From contig PKTH01000003.1 in assembly GCA_002869265.1 (NCBI GenBank), positions 8,190-72,189 on the forward strand: 64,000 nucleotides of DNA, written 5' to 3'. The translations under genes were made by a program, and so were the position numbers. Within the stretch, counting starts at the first letter, position 1. The number at the start of each line of letters is the position of its first letter. Shown in pieces: positions 28,310 to 37,813 of this stretch. The notes under the pieces were generated by a model. It was not told where the DNA came from. It ran no database searches and was given only the letters and a program-made list of their open reading frames with translations. The DNA is from Candidatus Parcubacteria bacterium (GTDB lineage Bacteria; Patescibacteriota; Patescibacteriia; Patescibacteriales; BM507).

Positions 28310-28756
28310 TTAGGGAAAATAATCATTAATTAGTGCTTTTTTAATATTATCCATCTCTCTGTCAGGTTCTATATGATTTCTTGTTTTTCCAGGACTACTA
28401 ATCATAATTATCCTTGCAGTTCGATATTCATCGCCATCAGGGAAGGGGGTTTTATATCCAACTTCAATTTTAACAAAAGATCTGTTGTTCTCTTGATAAG
28501 CATCATTTAGGTCATAACCAGACTCTGCAAGGAATCTTTGGAGCCTCTGGCACTCCATTATCGATTCGATATTATTGCCAGTTTCAAAGAAACTACATTC
28601 TAGTCTAACTATTGAGTCCTTACCAAAATACTCAGTTCCAAAAGTGTGGGTTTTGGTTTGAGGAACTTGACTATACCAAGAGTCAAAAGCAAAAACATTG
28701 CTTGTAGCATAAGTTACTAAAACAACGAACAGGCCAACACCTAAAATGTTTTTCAT
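28310..28756 (-). CDS. Hypothetical secreted protein (ORFan)
   Basis: Signal peptide ending VFA; AAGGAG upstream; own TTGACA promoter at 28833-28828. Confidence 0.65.
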   Translation of the reverse strand: MKNILGVGLFVVLVTYATSNVFAFDSWYSQVPQTKTHTFGTEYFGKDSIVRLECSFFETGNNIESIMECQRLQRFLAESGYDLNDAYQENNRSFVKIEVGYKTPFPDGDEYRTARIIMISSPGKTRNHIEPDREMDNIKKALINDYFP

Positions 28757-28848
28757 GACTATCTCCTTTAATTATCGGTTGATAAAATGAACAAAGAAAG
28801 ATTCTTTTTAGCATATATATTTAATTCTGTCAAATACCTTCCTGTCTA

Positions 28849-28877
28849 TTGACTTTCGTTTTTTGTTCGTATATAAT
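28849..28877 (+). promoter_or_regulatory. lexA promoter containing TTCGT-N6-TTCGT direct repeat (candidate LexA operator)
   Basis: TTGACT-N17-TATAAT with TTCGT at 28855 and 28866 inside the spacer. Confidence 0.6.
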
Positions 28878-28904
28878 ATTAGTATAAATATTTACTCTAA
28901 TTAT

Positions 28905-29513
28905 ATGGGGGACAACTTAACAAAAAGACAGCGCCAAATTCTTGATTTTATCAATGAATTTAGCGAAAAAAATGGCTATTCACCAAGTTATCGTGAAATT
29001 GGTGAACATTTCAATCTTTCAAGTACAGCCACTATTCATGCTCATGTTTCTGCTCTTGAGAAAAAAGGCTTAGTCAAACGTTCTCACAACGAAGCTCGCT
29101 CTATTGAGCTCGTGAACACGACTATAGACTGGCCCCAGGCCGTAGAATTGCCCCTAGCAGGGCTTATCACCGCCGGAGAACCAATTGAGGCCGTAGAGAC
29201 TCACGATACTATAGCAGTCCCTGCAGACCTTGTAACGGACAATGTAAATTCATATGTCTTAAAGGTTCAGGGTGAGTCTATGATAGATGAAGGTATCCTG
29301 AGCGGGGACTATGTAATAATCGAGAGAAACCCATCCCCAAAAAACGGAGACATAGTTGTAGCTCTCCTGGATAATGCCTTCGCTACTCTTAAAAAGTTTT
29401 TTCGCGAAAAAGACTTTATTCGTCTCCAACCAGCCAACTCTAGCATGGAACCAATTTTTGTAAAAGACTTGGCTATTCAGGGAGTAGTTAAAGGCGTCAT
29501 TAGGAAGTTTTAA
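28905..29513 (+). CDS. lexA: SOS repressor LexA
   Basis: LTKRQRQILDFI, PSYREI, AG cleavage site, GESM catalytic Ser, TLKK catalytic Lys. Confidence 0.96.
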   Translation: MGDNLTKRQRQILDFINEFSEKNGYSPSYREIGEHFNLSSTATIHAHVSALEKKGLVKRSHNEARSIELVNTTIDWPQAVELPLAGLITAGEPIEAVETHDTIAVPADLVTDNVNSYVLKVQGESMIDEGILSGDYVIIERNPSPKNGDIVVALLDNAFATLKKFFREKDFIRLQPANSSMEPIFVKDLAIQGVVKGVIRKF

Positions 29514-29606
29514 TCTTTATTTACAAAATAGATGAGCTATGTTAACTTTCTATATTATTGATCATTTATAAACGGCACTTTTAAAAACAATAAATAGGAG
29601 ATTGTA

Positions 29607-29750
29607 GTGTTTAAAGATATCCATCCAAGCTATTTAGCAATTGCGTTGGTCCTTGTTCTTATACTTTTTCATGATTTTGTGATTCCTTTTGCAAAATATC
29701 TGATTGAGCTGAGAAGGTCAATTTTAAAAAAAGAAAACAACAAAAACTAA
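29607..29750 (+). CDS. 47-aa single-TM small protein (absent from the ORF track)
   Basis: AGGAG + GTG; MFKDIHPSYLAIALVLVLILFHDFVIPFAKYLIELRRSILKKENNKN. Confidence 0.55.
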   Translation: MFKDIHPSYLAIALVLVLILFHDFVIPFAKYLIELRRSILKKENNKN

Positions 29751-29771
29751 TCTCAAAACATGGAGGAATCA

Positions 29772-30115
29772 ATGAATATTACCAACAATGCCTCATTTCC
29801 AATCCAATAATCGCTTTTTGTAGTTCTTCCGATGTCGGGCATGGTGATGATCACAGAATCGAACCTGGTTAGACAGAAAATGTCATTGGTCCATATATTG
29901 GAGAAATGGATGGCGGATCATGCTACATCGTAGTAGAGGGAGAAATAACTTGTCACGAATCAGATGATGATGATTACGCATTTCAGGTGCTGAAAAGCAG
30001 ATCCCTTTCTCTCGGATGCAATGGCCCCAAGAGCATCTCAGTTCGTCATTTCGAAGATGATGCAGAAGAGCATGTTCTCGAATGGAGACGGAGAACAAAA
30101 ACAACCCAACACTAA
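29772..30115 (+). pseudogene. Disrupted ORFan gene
   Basis: GGAGG + ATG 29772; tandem CCAAT duplication (29799-29808) shifts the frame and TAG at 29870 interrupts; the repaired frame joins ORF 29906..30115. Confidence 0.6.
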
Positions 30116-30125
30116 AAAACACCAT

Positions 30126-30184
30126 AACCGCAAGTTAACTTGCGGTTTTTTTATAAAAAAATCCCTAGAGCTTTACTCTAGGGA
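30126..30184. terminator. Two hairpins between convergent ORFans
   Basis: AACCGCAAG-ttaa-CTTGCGGTT + Ts; TCCCTAGAG-cttta-CTCTAGGGA. Confidence 0.7.
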
Positions 30185-30207
30185 GTGGGCCGGAATGAAT
30201 TCATTCC

Positions 30208-30693
30208 TTATTTTTTTTCGTTGTTTTTGGCAATACCACCAACCTTTTTAATGCATTTTTCCAAGTCCGTTTTTAGACGTTTTTCAGGGATGGAAGCAAT
30301 AATCTGCAAAATCATATAGAACGAATCTTGCAGAGAATCAATTTGATTCATACGTTCACTTGTGCCTTGTGCTTGAGCCTGCAGATTCTTCACCATTTCA
30401 TGATGTTTTTCATGAAACTTTTGATCCCGTTTATTCAGGCGATCAATTTCCAGTTCATTAGCACTCAGAACTCTCTTAAATTGTTCAATTTTTTCTTCGA
30501 GTTCCTTGACTTCTGTTTCTCCCTCCTTCATCTTTCTAAAGAGAGCAAAAGCCAAACCGCGCAGGATTGCAACTTCATGCTTTATGCCCTCCATAGTACT
30601 ATCCTTAAGCATGACTTGAAGTTCGTCAGGTAAATCGTCCGTATTACCAACACCACGGCGCGCACCAAGCATTTCGCGAAGCAGTTCTTCCAT
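30208..30693 (-). CDS. Hypothetical coiled-coil protein (ORFan)
   Basis: GAGGAGG precedes ATG 30693; heptad-rich charged sequence. Confidence 0.65.
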   Translation of the reverse strand: MEELLREMLGARRGVGNTDDLPDELQVMLKDSTMEGIKHEVAILRGLAFALFRKMKEGETEVKELEEKIEQFKRVLSANELEIDRLNKRDQKFHEKHHEMVKNLQAQAQGTSERMNQIDSLQDSFYMILQIIASIPEKRLKTDLEKCIKKVGGIAKNNEKK

Positions 30694-30881
30694 TATAACC
30701 TCCTCGTTTGAGATAATTACTGTCATTAATTTGACAGATATTTTATCATAACATAAAAAATATTTTTGTCAATAATAAAAAAGCATTATTTAGTTAAAAT
30801 TAATATCTCATTAATCTAAATTAAATATAATTAAAACATGCACTATTTGTAAATTTTCTTTAAAGTTGGTATAATTCAAGT

Positions 30882-31283
30882 ATGAAAAAAAGATTTTTTA
30901 TCGTTGAAGACGATGTTAATATTCTTTATGCTGTCCAAGCCCAGTTAAGAGTAAAAGGATTTGATGCGTTTGTAGATAACGGAGCCCATGGGATTGAAAC
31001 CCTTATCGACAGCATGGAAACGGAGCAGCCAGATTTTATCATACTAGATTTGATACTTCCTCATATCGATGGTTTTGAATTGCTTTCATCTATTAAAGCA
31101 AATAATATGATTTCTTCTATCCCAGTTTTTGTTTTCACAAATCTCAGCGATGAAGACACCAAAACAATAGTGGAAAAAATGGGTGTCGATTATCACTTTA
31201 TAAAATCAGAAATGAATGTTGAAGAATTTGTTAGAAAGGTTGTTAAAATAATTCATAATAAATCAAAACTACAAATGCTATGA
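30882..31283 (+). CDS. Standalone response-regulator receiver domain
   Basis: IVEDD, ILDLILPHIDGFELL, VFTN, IK. Confidence 0.9.
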   Translation: MKKRFFIVEDDVNILYAVQAQLRVKGFDAFVDNGAHGIETLIDSMETEQPDFIILDLILPHIDGFELLSSIKANNMISSIPVFVFTNLSDEDTKTIVEKMGVDYHFIKSEMNVEEFVRKVVKIIHNKSKLQML

Positions 31284-33193
31284 AAAAAATATCTGTAAAA
31301 AAAGCATTGATCATCCTTTCTGTTTTGGCAGTGATAGCTATTATTATTATTTCTGCTATGGCAAGAGGCAGCAAAGATTTAAATGAATATACTACAATAA
31401 CATTAGAAAGGGGAGACCTTATCCAGACAGTTTCTGAAACAGGAATAATAAAAACAAGCGACTCCTTTGATTTAAGTTTTGAGCAGGGTGGGAAAATATC
31501 AGTTATTCAAACCGAAGTCGGTCAAGAGGTGGAAAAAGATCAAGTAATCGCCGAGCTTGATCACAGTGCCCTTGATATTCGCTTAGCACAAACTAGGGCT
31601 AGCCTTGATATAGCAAACGCAAATCTAACTAAACTTCGCACAGGAGCCACTTCTCAAGAAATTGCAATTTATGAAGCTAGTTACAACCGTGCAAAATCAG
31701 CATATGATTCTAGTCTTACTGAACTAGAAACCTATCAAAAATCCTTAGACGAAAGTATCGCCCAGGCCACAAAAACATTATATGATCTGGAAAATACTGG
31801 AGCTGGTACACCTACAGTTTATGAACAAGCTCTAGATGCAGCTGAAACAAACCTTGAAAACACCGAAACAACCTATCAACAAGGAATTGATAATTCAATA
31901 ACTAGTTCTCTCAACATAGTTGAAACTCAAACGTCTGCAATTAACAATTCTCTTGATCAGATCAATTCTATTATCAATGAAGATGATTATGAGGATTATT
32001 TATCTGTAAAAAATAAAACATACTTAAGTAATGCTAGAAAATCTTACGATGAGGCCATAGTTCTTCTAGATCAAACAAACCTAAATACCCCAAAAGTTAA
32101 AGCAGCCCCCCATAGAGATAATGTAAAAAACTTACTTCAGGAAACATTAGACACCTTAAATAAAACTTATCTTTCTCTCAATAACTCTTTTTCCGCTCTT
32201 GAGAATTCAGTCACTGGTTCTGCTTTTTCAAAAACAACTCTTGATGGATTAAAAACAATTATAAATACTCAGATTGGAATAATCAGCGCAAGCATCACAA
32301 GCACTCAATCAGCTATCCAGTCTCTCGATAGCGCCATCCTAACATATGACACCCGTGTTGATACTGCTAATGATACATATACACAAGCTAAAACAAATCT
32401 AGACAATGCTATAACAACTGCCAAGAACAATCTAACAAACGTAAAAAACAATGGAGACCAACAATTAGCTAGCCTCGAGGGAAGAGTGGAATCAGCAAAC
32501 CAGTCCTTGTTTGTAGCTCAGGCAGAGCTAAATAGAGTAAAATCTCCCGCCAGAGCTGAAGACATAAGTCTTTATCAAGCGCAATACAGACAAGCCGAGG
32601 CCGAACTCAACTCAGTTACAAATCAAATAGAAAAGACAAAGCTCAAGGCACCTATAGACGGAGTTGTTTCAAAAATCAACTTTGAAGTTGGTGAACAATA
32701 CAATGTTGGCAGAGTGGTTGCTACTGTAATCTCAGAAACTGAGTATAGAATAGATGTGGATATTTCAGAGTCTGATATACCAAAAGTAAAGATTGGAGAT
32801 GAGGTTTCAATAACTCTAGACGCCCTATCGGAAGACGTGAAATTCATCGGGTCAGTTAGCTTTATTGAGCCAGCTGAAACTGTTATCCAAGATGTTATTT
32901 ACTATAAAGTTGAAATAACTTTTGACTCGGCTAACGGGAACCTCAAACTAGTTAAACCAGGAATGACAGCGAACGTGGAAATAACCACCAATGAAAAAAT
33001 AAGTATTTTAGCAATCCCAGGTAGAGCAATTATAGATCGAAATGGCGATGGAAAATTTGTTAAAACTTATAACAATAACGTTATTGAAGAAAAAAAAGTT
33101 AAAATAGGAATAATCGGAGACGGTGGAATGGTTGAGATAATATCTGGTCTGGAAGAAGGAGATGAAGTTGTTACATTCACCAAAGAAAAATAA
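31280..33193 (+). CDS. MacA/HlyD-like periplasmic adaptor with long coiled coil
   Basis: N-terminal TM; GGKISVI...VGQEV lipoyl half; LKAPIDGVV; KPGMTANVEI. Confidence 0.9.
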   Translation: MKKISVKKALIILSVLAVIAIIIISAMARGSKDLNEYTTITLERGDLIQTVSETGIIKTSDSFDLSFEQGGKISVIQTEVGQEVEKDQVIAELDHSALDIRLAQTRASLDIANANLTKLRTGATSQEIAIYEASYNRAKSAYDSSLTELETYQKSLDESIAQATKTLYDLENTGAGTPTVYEQALDAAETNLENTETTYQQGIDNSITSSLNIVETQTSAINNSLDQINSIINEDDYEDYLSVKNKTYLSNARKSYDEAIVLLDQTNLNTPKVKAAPHRDNVKNLLQETLDTLNKTYLSLNNSFSALENSVTGSAFSKTTLDGLKTIINTQIGIISASITSTQSAIQSLDSAILTYDTRVDTANDTYTQAKTNLDNAITTAKNNLTNVKNNGDQQLASLEGRVESANQSLFVAQAELNRVKSPARAEDISLYQAQYRQAEAELNSVTNQIEKTKLKAPIDGVVSKINFEVGEQYNVGRVVATVISETEYRIDVDISESDIPKVKIGDEVSITLDALSEDVKFIGSVSFIEPAETVIQDVIYYKVEITFDSANGNLKLVKPGMTANVEITTNEKISILAIPGRAIIDRNGDGKFVKTYNNNVIEEKKVKIGIIGDGGMVEIISGLEEGDEVVTFTKEK

Positions 33194-33906
33194 TGTTAAT
33201 TAAACTAGAAAATATAAAAAAAGAATTTTCCAATGATGAGATAGTTACTAAAGTCTTACATGGGATTTCTTTTGATATTGAAAAAGGTGATTTTGTCTCA
33301 ATTATGGGACCATCTGGTTCAGGAAAATCAACTCTAATGCACATAGTCGGACTCCTTGATAAAACCACTTCAGGCAAGTACTACCTGGAGGGGAGAGACG
33401 TTACTACTCTAGATGACACCGAATTAGCCCTTCTTAGAAACGAAAAAATTGGCTTTGTTTTCCAATCATTTAACCTCTTGGCAAAATCCACAGTTCTCGA
33501 GAACGTCATGCTTCCCTTAGTCTATTCAACGAAAAAAGGAGATGCAGAAAAAAAAGCCAGGAATGTTTTGGAACAAGTAGGTTTGAAACATCGTATTGAC
33601 TATATGCCCAACCAAATATCTGGAGGTGAGAAACAAAGAGTAGCTATTGCTCGTGCTCTAGTTAACGAGCCATCTGTTATATTTGCAGATGAGCCCACAG
33701 GAAATCTAGACTCAAAGTCAGGAATTCAGGTCATGGAAATACTACAAAAATTGAACGAAGAAGGGAACACTATTATCTTAGTTACTCACGAAACATTTAC
33801 AGCCGAACATGCTAAAAGAATTATTTATATAAGAGACGGACTCTTAGAGTCTGATACCCTAGTTAAAAAACGAAGATTTGCTCACGACGGTGACATGTTA
33901 AAGTAA
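33193..33906 (+). CDS. MacB/LolD-type ABC transporter ATPase
   Basis: [41 protein letters not shown]. Confidence 0.95.
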   Translation: MLIKLENIKKEFSNDEIVTKVLHGISFDIEKGDFVSIMGPSGSGKSTLMHIVGLLDKTTSGKYYLEGRDVTTLDDTELALLRNEKIGFVFQSFNLLAKSTVLENVMLPLVYSTKKGDAEKKARNVLEQVGLKHRIDYMPNQISGGEKQRVAIARALVNEPSVIFADEPTGNLDSKSGIQVMEILQKLNEEGNTIILVTHETFTAEHAKRIIYIRDGLLESDTLVKKRRFAHDGDMLK

Positions 33907-35156
33907 TGATTCTTCAAATTAAACAAGCAATAAGAAGCCCGATTCAATCTCTCTTGGCCAATAAAGTCAGGAGTTTTTTGACAATCCTCGGAATAGTTAT
34001 CGGCGTAAGTGCTGTTGTTGTTATTATGGCAGTCGGAGCCGGTGCTCAAAGTTTAATCCTGGGTCAAATCGAAAGTCTTGGTTCAGACTTGGTTGGAGTT
34101 CTCCCTGGAAACTCTGGTGATGGAGCTCCAGCTTCTGCTATGGGAATAGTTGTCACCACTCTGACTTATGACGACTTGCTGGCCATTAAAAATAAAAATA
34201 ACGCACCAAACATAAAAGAAGCCACTGCTTATGTAAAAGGTTTTTCAAGTGTTTCATGGGGGTCCAACTCATACGATACAAATATCTCGGGGACTACTGC
34301 AAGTTACCTAGACGTCGAAGGTGGCGAGGTTGAATTTGGAAGATTTTTTACTGAAGCTGAAGAAAAATCTACTAGCAAGATAGTAGTTCTGGGTAGCACT
34401 GTGGCAAAAGAGGTCTTTGGCCAATCTGACCCTATTGGTAAAAAAGTGAAAATTAAAAAAAGGACCTTTGAGGTCATTGGTGTTATGAAAGAAAGGGGGA
34501 CAGTAGCTTTTCAAAATTATGATGACCAGGTTTTTATACCAATTGTTACTATGCAAAAAACAGTTGAAGGGATTGATCATATTACTATGATGAGAATGAA
34601 AATTAGTCATGAAGATAACACAGAGATTGCTATTGAGGAAGTAAAAGCTACCCTCAGGGAGGAACACGGCATAAAAGATACGACTGGAACAGAAGATGAC
34701 TTCACCGTCAGAGGCGCTGCTCAAGCCCTAGACATCATAACAACAATCACAGACTCTCTAAAATTCTTTTTAGCGGCCATGGCTGCTATTTCTCTCATTG
34801 TAGGAGGCATAGGGATTATGAATATAATGCTTATTAGTGTTAATGAAAGGACGAGAGAAATTGGCTTACGCAAAGCAGTCGGAGCTAATAACAGACATAT
34901 ACTAATTCAGTTTTTATTAGAGTCAATAGTATTAACCATCCTCGGTGGTCTATTTGGACTAGTGGCGGGAACCTTATTTTCTTTTTTGGTTGCTGTTGTT
35001 GCAAATGCTCTAGGATATGATTGGACCTTTCATGTTTCCTTATTTTCTATAATCTTATCAGTGACTGTCTCAATGTTAATTGGTCTAATTTTCGGTATAG
35101 TCCCTGCTAAAAAAGCTTCCCAATTAGAACCAATAGAAGCTCTAAGATATGAATAA
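33906..35156 (+). CDS. MacB-type ABC transporter permease
   Basis: RSFLTILGIVIGV, GGIGIMNIML, ERTREIGLRKAVGA, PIEALRYE. Confidence 0.95.
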   Translation: MILQIKQAIRSPIQSLLANKVRSFLTILGIVIGVSAVVVIMAVGAGAQSLILGQIESLGSDLVGVLPGNSGDGAPASAMGIVVTTLTYDDLLAIKNKNNAPNIKEATAYVKGFSSVSWGSNSYDTNISGTTASYLDVEGGEVEFGRFFTEAEEKSTSKIVVLGSTVAKEVFGQSDPIGKKVKIKKRTFEVIGVMKERGTVAFQNYDDQVFIPIVTMQKTVEGIDHITMMRMKISHEDNTEIAIEEVKATLREEHGIKDTTGTEDDFTVRGAAQALDIITTITDSLKFFLAAMAAISLIVGGIGIMNIMLISVNERTREIGLRKAVGANNRHILIQFLLESIVLTILGGLFGLVAGTLFSFLVAVVANALGYDWTFHVSLFSIILSVTVSMLIGLIFGIVPAKKASQLEPIEALRYE

Positions 35157-36419
35157 ATGTCTATAATAAATGATTTTAAAATTGCCACTAGTGCAATAAA
35201 TAGTAACCGAAGCAGAACAGCATTGACTATTACTGGTCTTGTTATTGGTGTTGCTAGTATATTTATGGTTTTTTCTGCTGGGGAGGGACTAGAGAGTTTA
35301 ATCTTAGGTCAAATTGAATCATTTGGAACAGACTTTATTCAGACCGAAATAAAAGTTCCAACAGGGAAAACCCCTGGAAGCGCTGCCGATGAATCCGCTA
35401 GTGGACAAGCCCTTGTTCAAGGTGTGCAAGTTACATCTTTGACCCTAGATGATATGGACGACCTTAAAAAGCTAGACAATATTGTTGATTCATATGGAGC
35501 CCTAATGTCTCAGGGTGTAGCTACATATAAAGCAGAGAAAGAGCCTGTTACAATCTTTGGAGTAAGCCCTAGTTATATTGATATTGACAGTAGTGAAGTT
35601 GAGTATGGTAGTTTTTACACTGATATGGAAGACAAATCTCTTGCCCAGGTTGTCGTTCTAGGCTCAGAATTAAAAGATAAATTATTTGGGGAGTCAGAAG
35701 CCGTAGGGAAAACAATTAAAATAAAAAAGAAAAATTTTACAGTTGTTGGTGTAATGGAAAAAAGAGGCGCTGTGATGACACTTGATTTCGACAATTTTAT
35801 CTATGTTCCTGTTCGCACACTCCAAAAGAAAATGATGGGGATTGATCATGTCTTATATATCACTTCAAAAGTAGCTGACCTAAGTCTTTCCTATGACACG
35901 GCCGAAGAAATGAGGTATATCTTAAGAGAGAATCATGACATTGTTGACGTGACAAAAGATGATTTTAGGGTAACAACTATGGATGAAATGATGGAAATGC
36001 TAGGAACAATTACCGGCGCAATTACGCTACTTCTACTAGCAATAGTTGTTATATCTTTAGTAGTCGCAGGGGTTGGTATTACAAATGTTATGTATGTTAT
36101 TATTTCTGAGCGAACAACAGAAATTGGATTAAGAAAAGCGGTCGGAGCTAATTACTATCATATAATAAGGCAATTTTTAATAGAATCTATAATGATAACA
36201 TTACTAGGCTTTATTTTTGGTTTTTTAATTGGTGGTCTCTTCTCGTTCGTCATTGCAATAGGTGCTCAATACAGCGGACTTGACTGGCAGTTCAGTATTC
36301 CTTTAAAATCAATTATCACTGCTTTTGTATTTTCCGTTTTCGCTGGGGTAATATTTGGCTATTTCCCTGCAAGAAAAGCAGCTTTAATGGAGCCTGTCAC
36401 CGCCCTTAGAAAAGAATAA
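35157..36419 (+). CDS. MacB-type ABC transporter permease (paralog)
   Basis: RTALTITGLVIGV, ERTTEIGLRKAVGA, PVTALRKE. Confidence 0.93.
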   Translation: MSIINDFKIATSAINSNRSRTALTITGLVIGVASIFMVFSAGEGLESLILGQIESFGTDFIQTEIKVPTGKTPGSAADESASGQALVQGVQVTSLTLDDMDDLKKLDNIVDSYGALMSQGVATYKAEKEPVTIFGVSPSYIDIDSSEVEYGSFYTDMEDKSLAQVVVLGSELKDKLFGESEAVGKTIKIKKKNFTVVGVMEKRGAVMTLDFDNFIYVPVRTLQKKMMGIDHVLYITSKVADLSLSYDTAEEMRYILRENHDIVDVTKDDFRVTTMDEMMEMLGTITGAITLLLLAIVVISLVVAGVGITNVMYVIISERTTEIGLRKAVGANYYHIIRQFLIESIMITLLGFIFGFLIGGLFSFVIAIGAQYSGLDWQFSIPLKSIITAFVFSVFAGVIFGYFPARKAALMEPVTALRKE

Positions 36420-36420
36420 A

Positions 36421-37620
36421 ATGAAAGTTGTAAATATTTTAGGAATCAATTTAGTAAAAGCGAGCAAGGATGAAATTCTTGATAAGATTCATTCTTTTTT
36501 GCGTGGTGATAAGGTTAGATATATTGTCACACCAAATCCCGAAAATATTTTAAAGGCAGTTCATGACGAAGAACTTTGGTATATCACCAATAACGCTGAC
36601 TTATCATTAGCTGATGGAATAGGTCTGAAACTAGCCGGAATTCTCATGGGAAAATATTTAAAAAGATTTACTGGATCTGACCTAACTAACTATTTAATAG
36701 ACTATGCGGAGAAAAACAGTCTCAAGATAGCTATTCTAAATTGGCGAGGGGGGCTATCGCTGGGCTCAACCATTTCAGAAACTCTAAACAAGAAACATCC
36801 GAAACTTAATTTTTATATTCAAGACATTGATAGACAAGGGACTCTTATCAACTATGAAAAATTAAACAAATTTTCACCCGATATTTTATTTTCCTCACTA
36901 GGCTGCCCCTACCAAGAAAAAAATATCTACGAGGTAAAAGATAAGGTCTCCGGACTCAAATTAGCCCTAGCAATTGGAGGAAGTTTTGACTTTATTACAG
37001 AAAGAAAAAAAAGAGCTCCGCTATTTTTTAGAAAAATTGGCCTAGAGTGGTTTTGGAGACTATTGATTCAGCCCAACAGGGTGGGACGTATATTTAATGC
37101 AACTTTTGTTTTTATGTACCGCTTCCTAATCTGGAGATTTATCCACCCTTTCTTATATAGACCTTCAGTGGCATGTCTCCTATATAAAAAAGAGCATGGT
37201 AGAATAAAAATACTCATGGTCAGGAGAAACGAGGGAAGCCATGAAGAACACTGGCAGATTCCTCAAGGGGGAACAGACGGCGAAAGTCTTTCTATTGCCG
37301 GCAGACGAGAACTTAATGAAGAATTAGGTAATAGTAATTTCAAGAACATCGCTGTCTTTAAGTCTATCCATAAATACTTATTCCCAAACGGCCTTCGTTC
37401 TAAGTACAATACTAATGCCAAAGCTCCTCAGGGATACAAGGGCCAAAAGCAAGGATTATTCATCGCAGAATTCAATGGAAAAGACAGTGATATAAGTTTA
37501 AATTTCTGGGAACACGATAGATGGAAATGGGTTGACCTAGAAAATGCAATCGAAACTACTCACCAAACCAGAAAAAAATCCCTGTCATTGTTTATTCAAA
37601 AGCTAAAAACTAAATTATAG
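36421..37620 (+). CDS. WecB/TagA/CpsF glycosyltransferase fused to an RppH-like Nudix domain
   Basis: VTPNPE, ADGIG, LGCPYQE, IGGSFDF, RAP...GLEWFWRL; C-terminal WQIPQGG...RRELNEELG...GQKQ. Confidence 0.85.
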   Translation: MKVVNILGINLVKASKDEILDKIHSFLRGDKVRYIVTPNPENILKAVHDEELWYITNNADLSLADGIGLKLAGILMGKYLKRFTGSDLTNYLIDYAEKNSLKIAILNWRGGLSLGSTISETLNKKHPKLNFYIQDIDRQGTLINYEKLNKFSPDILFSSLGCPYQEKNIYEVKDKVSGLKLALAIGGSFDFITERKKRAPLFFRKIGLEWFWRLLIQPNRVGRIFNATFVFMYRFLIWRFIHPFLYRPSVACLLYKKEHGRIKILMVRRNEGSHEEHWQIPQGGTDGESLSIAGRRELNEELGNSNFKNIAVFKSIHKYLFPNGLRSKYNTNAKAPQGYKGQKQGLFIAEFNGKDSDISLNFWEHDRWKWVDLENAIETTHQTRKKSLSLFIQKLKTKL

Positions 37621-37621
37621 T

Positions 37622-37813
37622 ATGAAACTAAAATTTAAAAAATATATCTTTCTAGTTAACGATATAACAAATCTTATCTTAAAAAAAGAAATCGAAACAA
37701 ATCACGAATTGGCTCTTGATTTGCATAAAAAGCTCAAAATTGTTAGTATTTTTTTGGCAATCTCTTTGATTGTCAATATCATTTTATTAACTAAATACTG
37801 TATATATGGATAA
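37622..37813 (+). CDS. Small membrane protein
   Basis: 63 aa with C-terminal TM; tightly packed between neighbours. Confidence 0.5.
   Translation: MKLKFKKYIFLVNDITNLILKKEIETNHELALDLHKKLKIVSIFLAISLIVNIILLTKYCIYG

Noticed and set aside
29870..29872. In-frame TAG as a sign of stop-codon recoding
   Set aside because: TAG ends intact genes here (e.g. 1142-1144, 7062-7064) and the same ORF also has a frameshift.
26596..30726. tRNA-Lys-anchored genomic island
   Set aside because: No integrase adjacent, no duplicated tRNA 3' end seen, and core lexA lies inside the interval.
30882..36419. Receiver + MacA + ATPase + two permeases as a novel system
   Set aside because: Recognisable MacAB-type ABC exporter with ordinary motifs.
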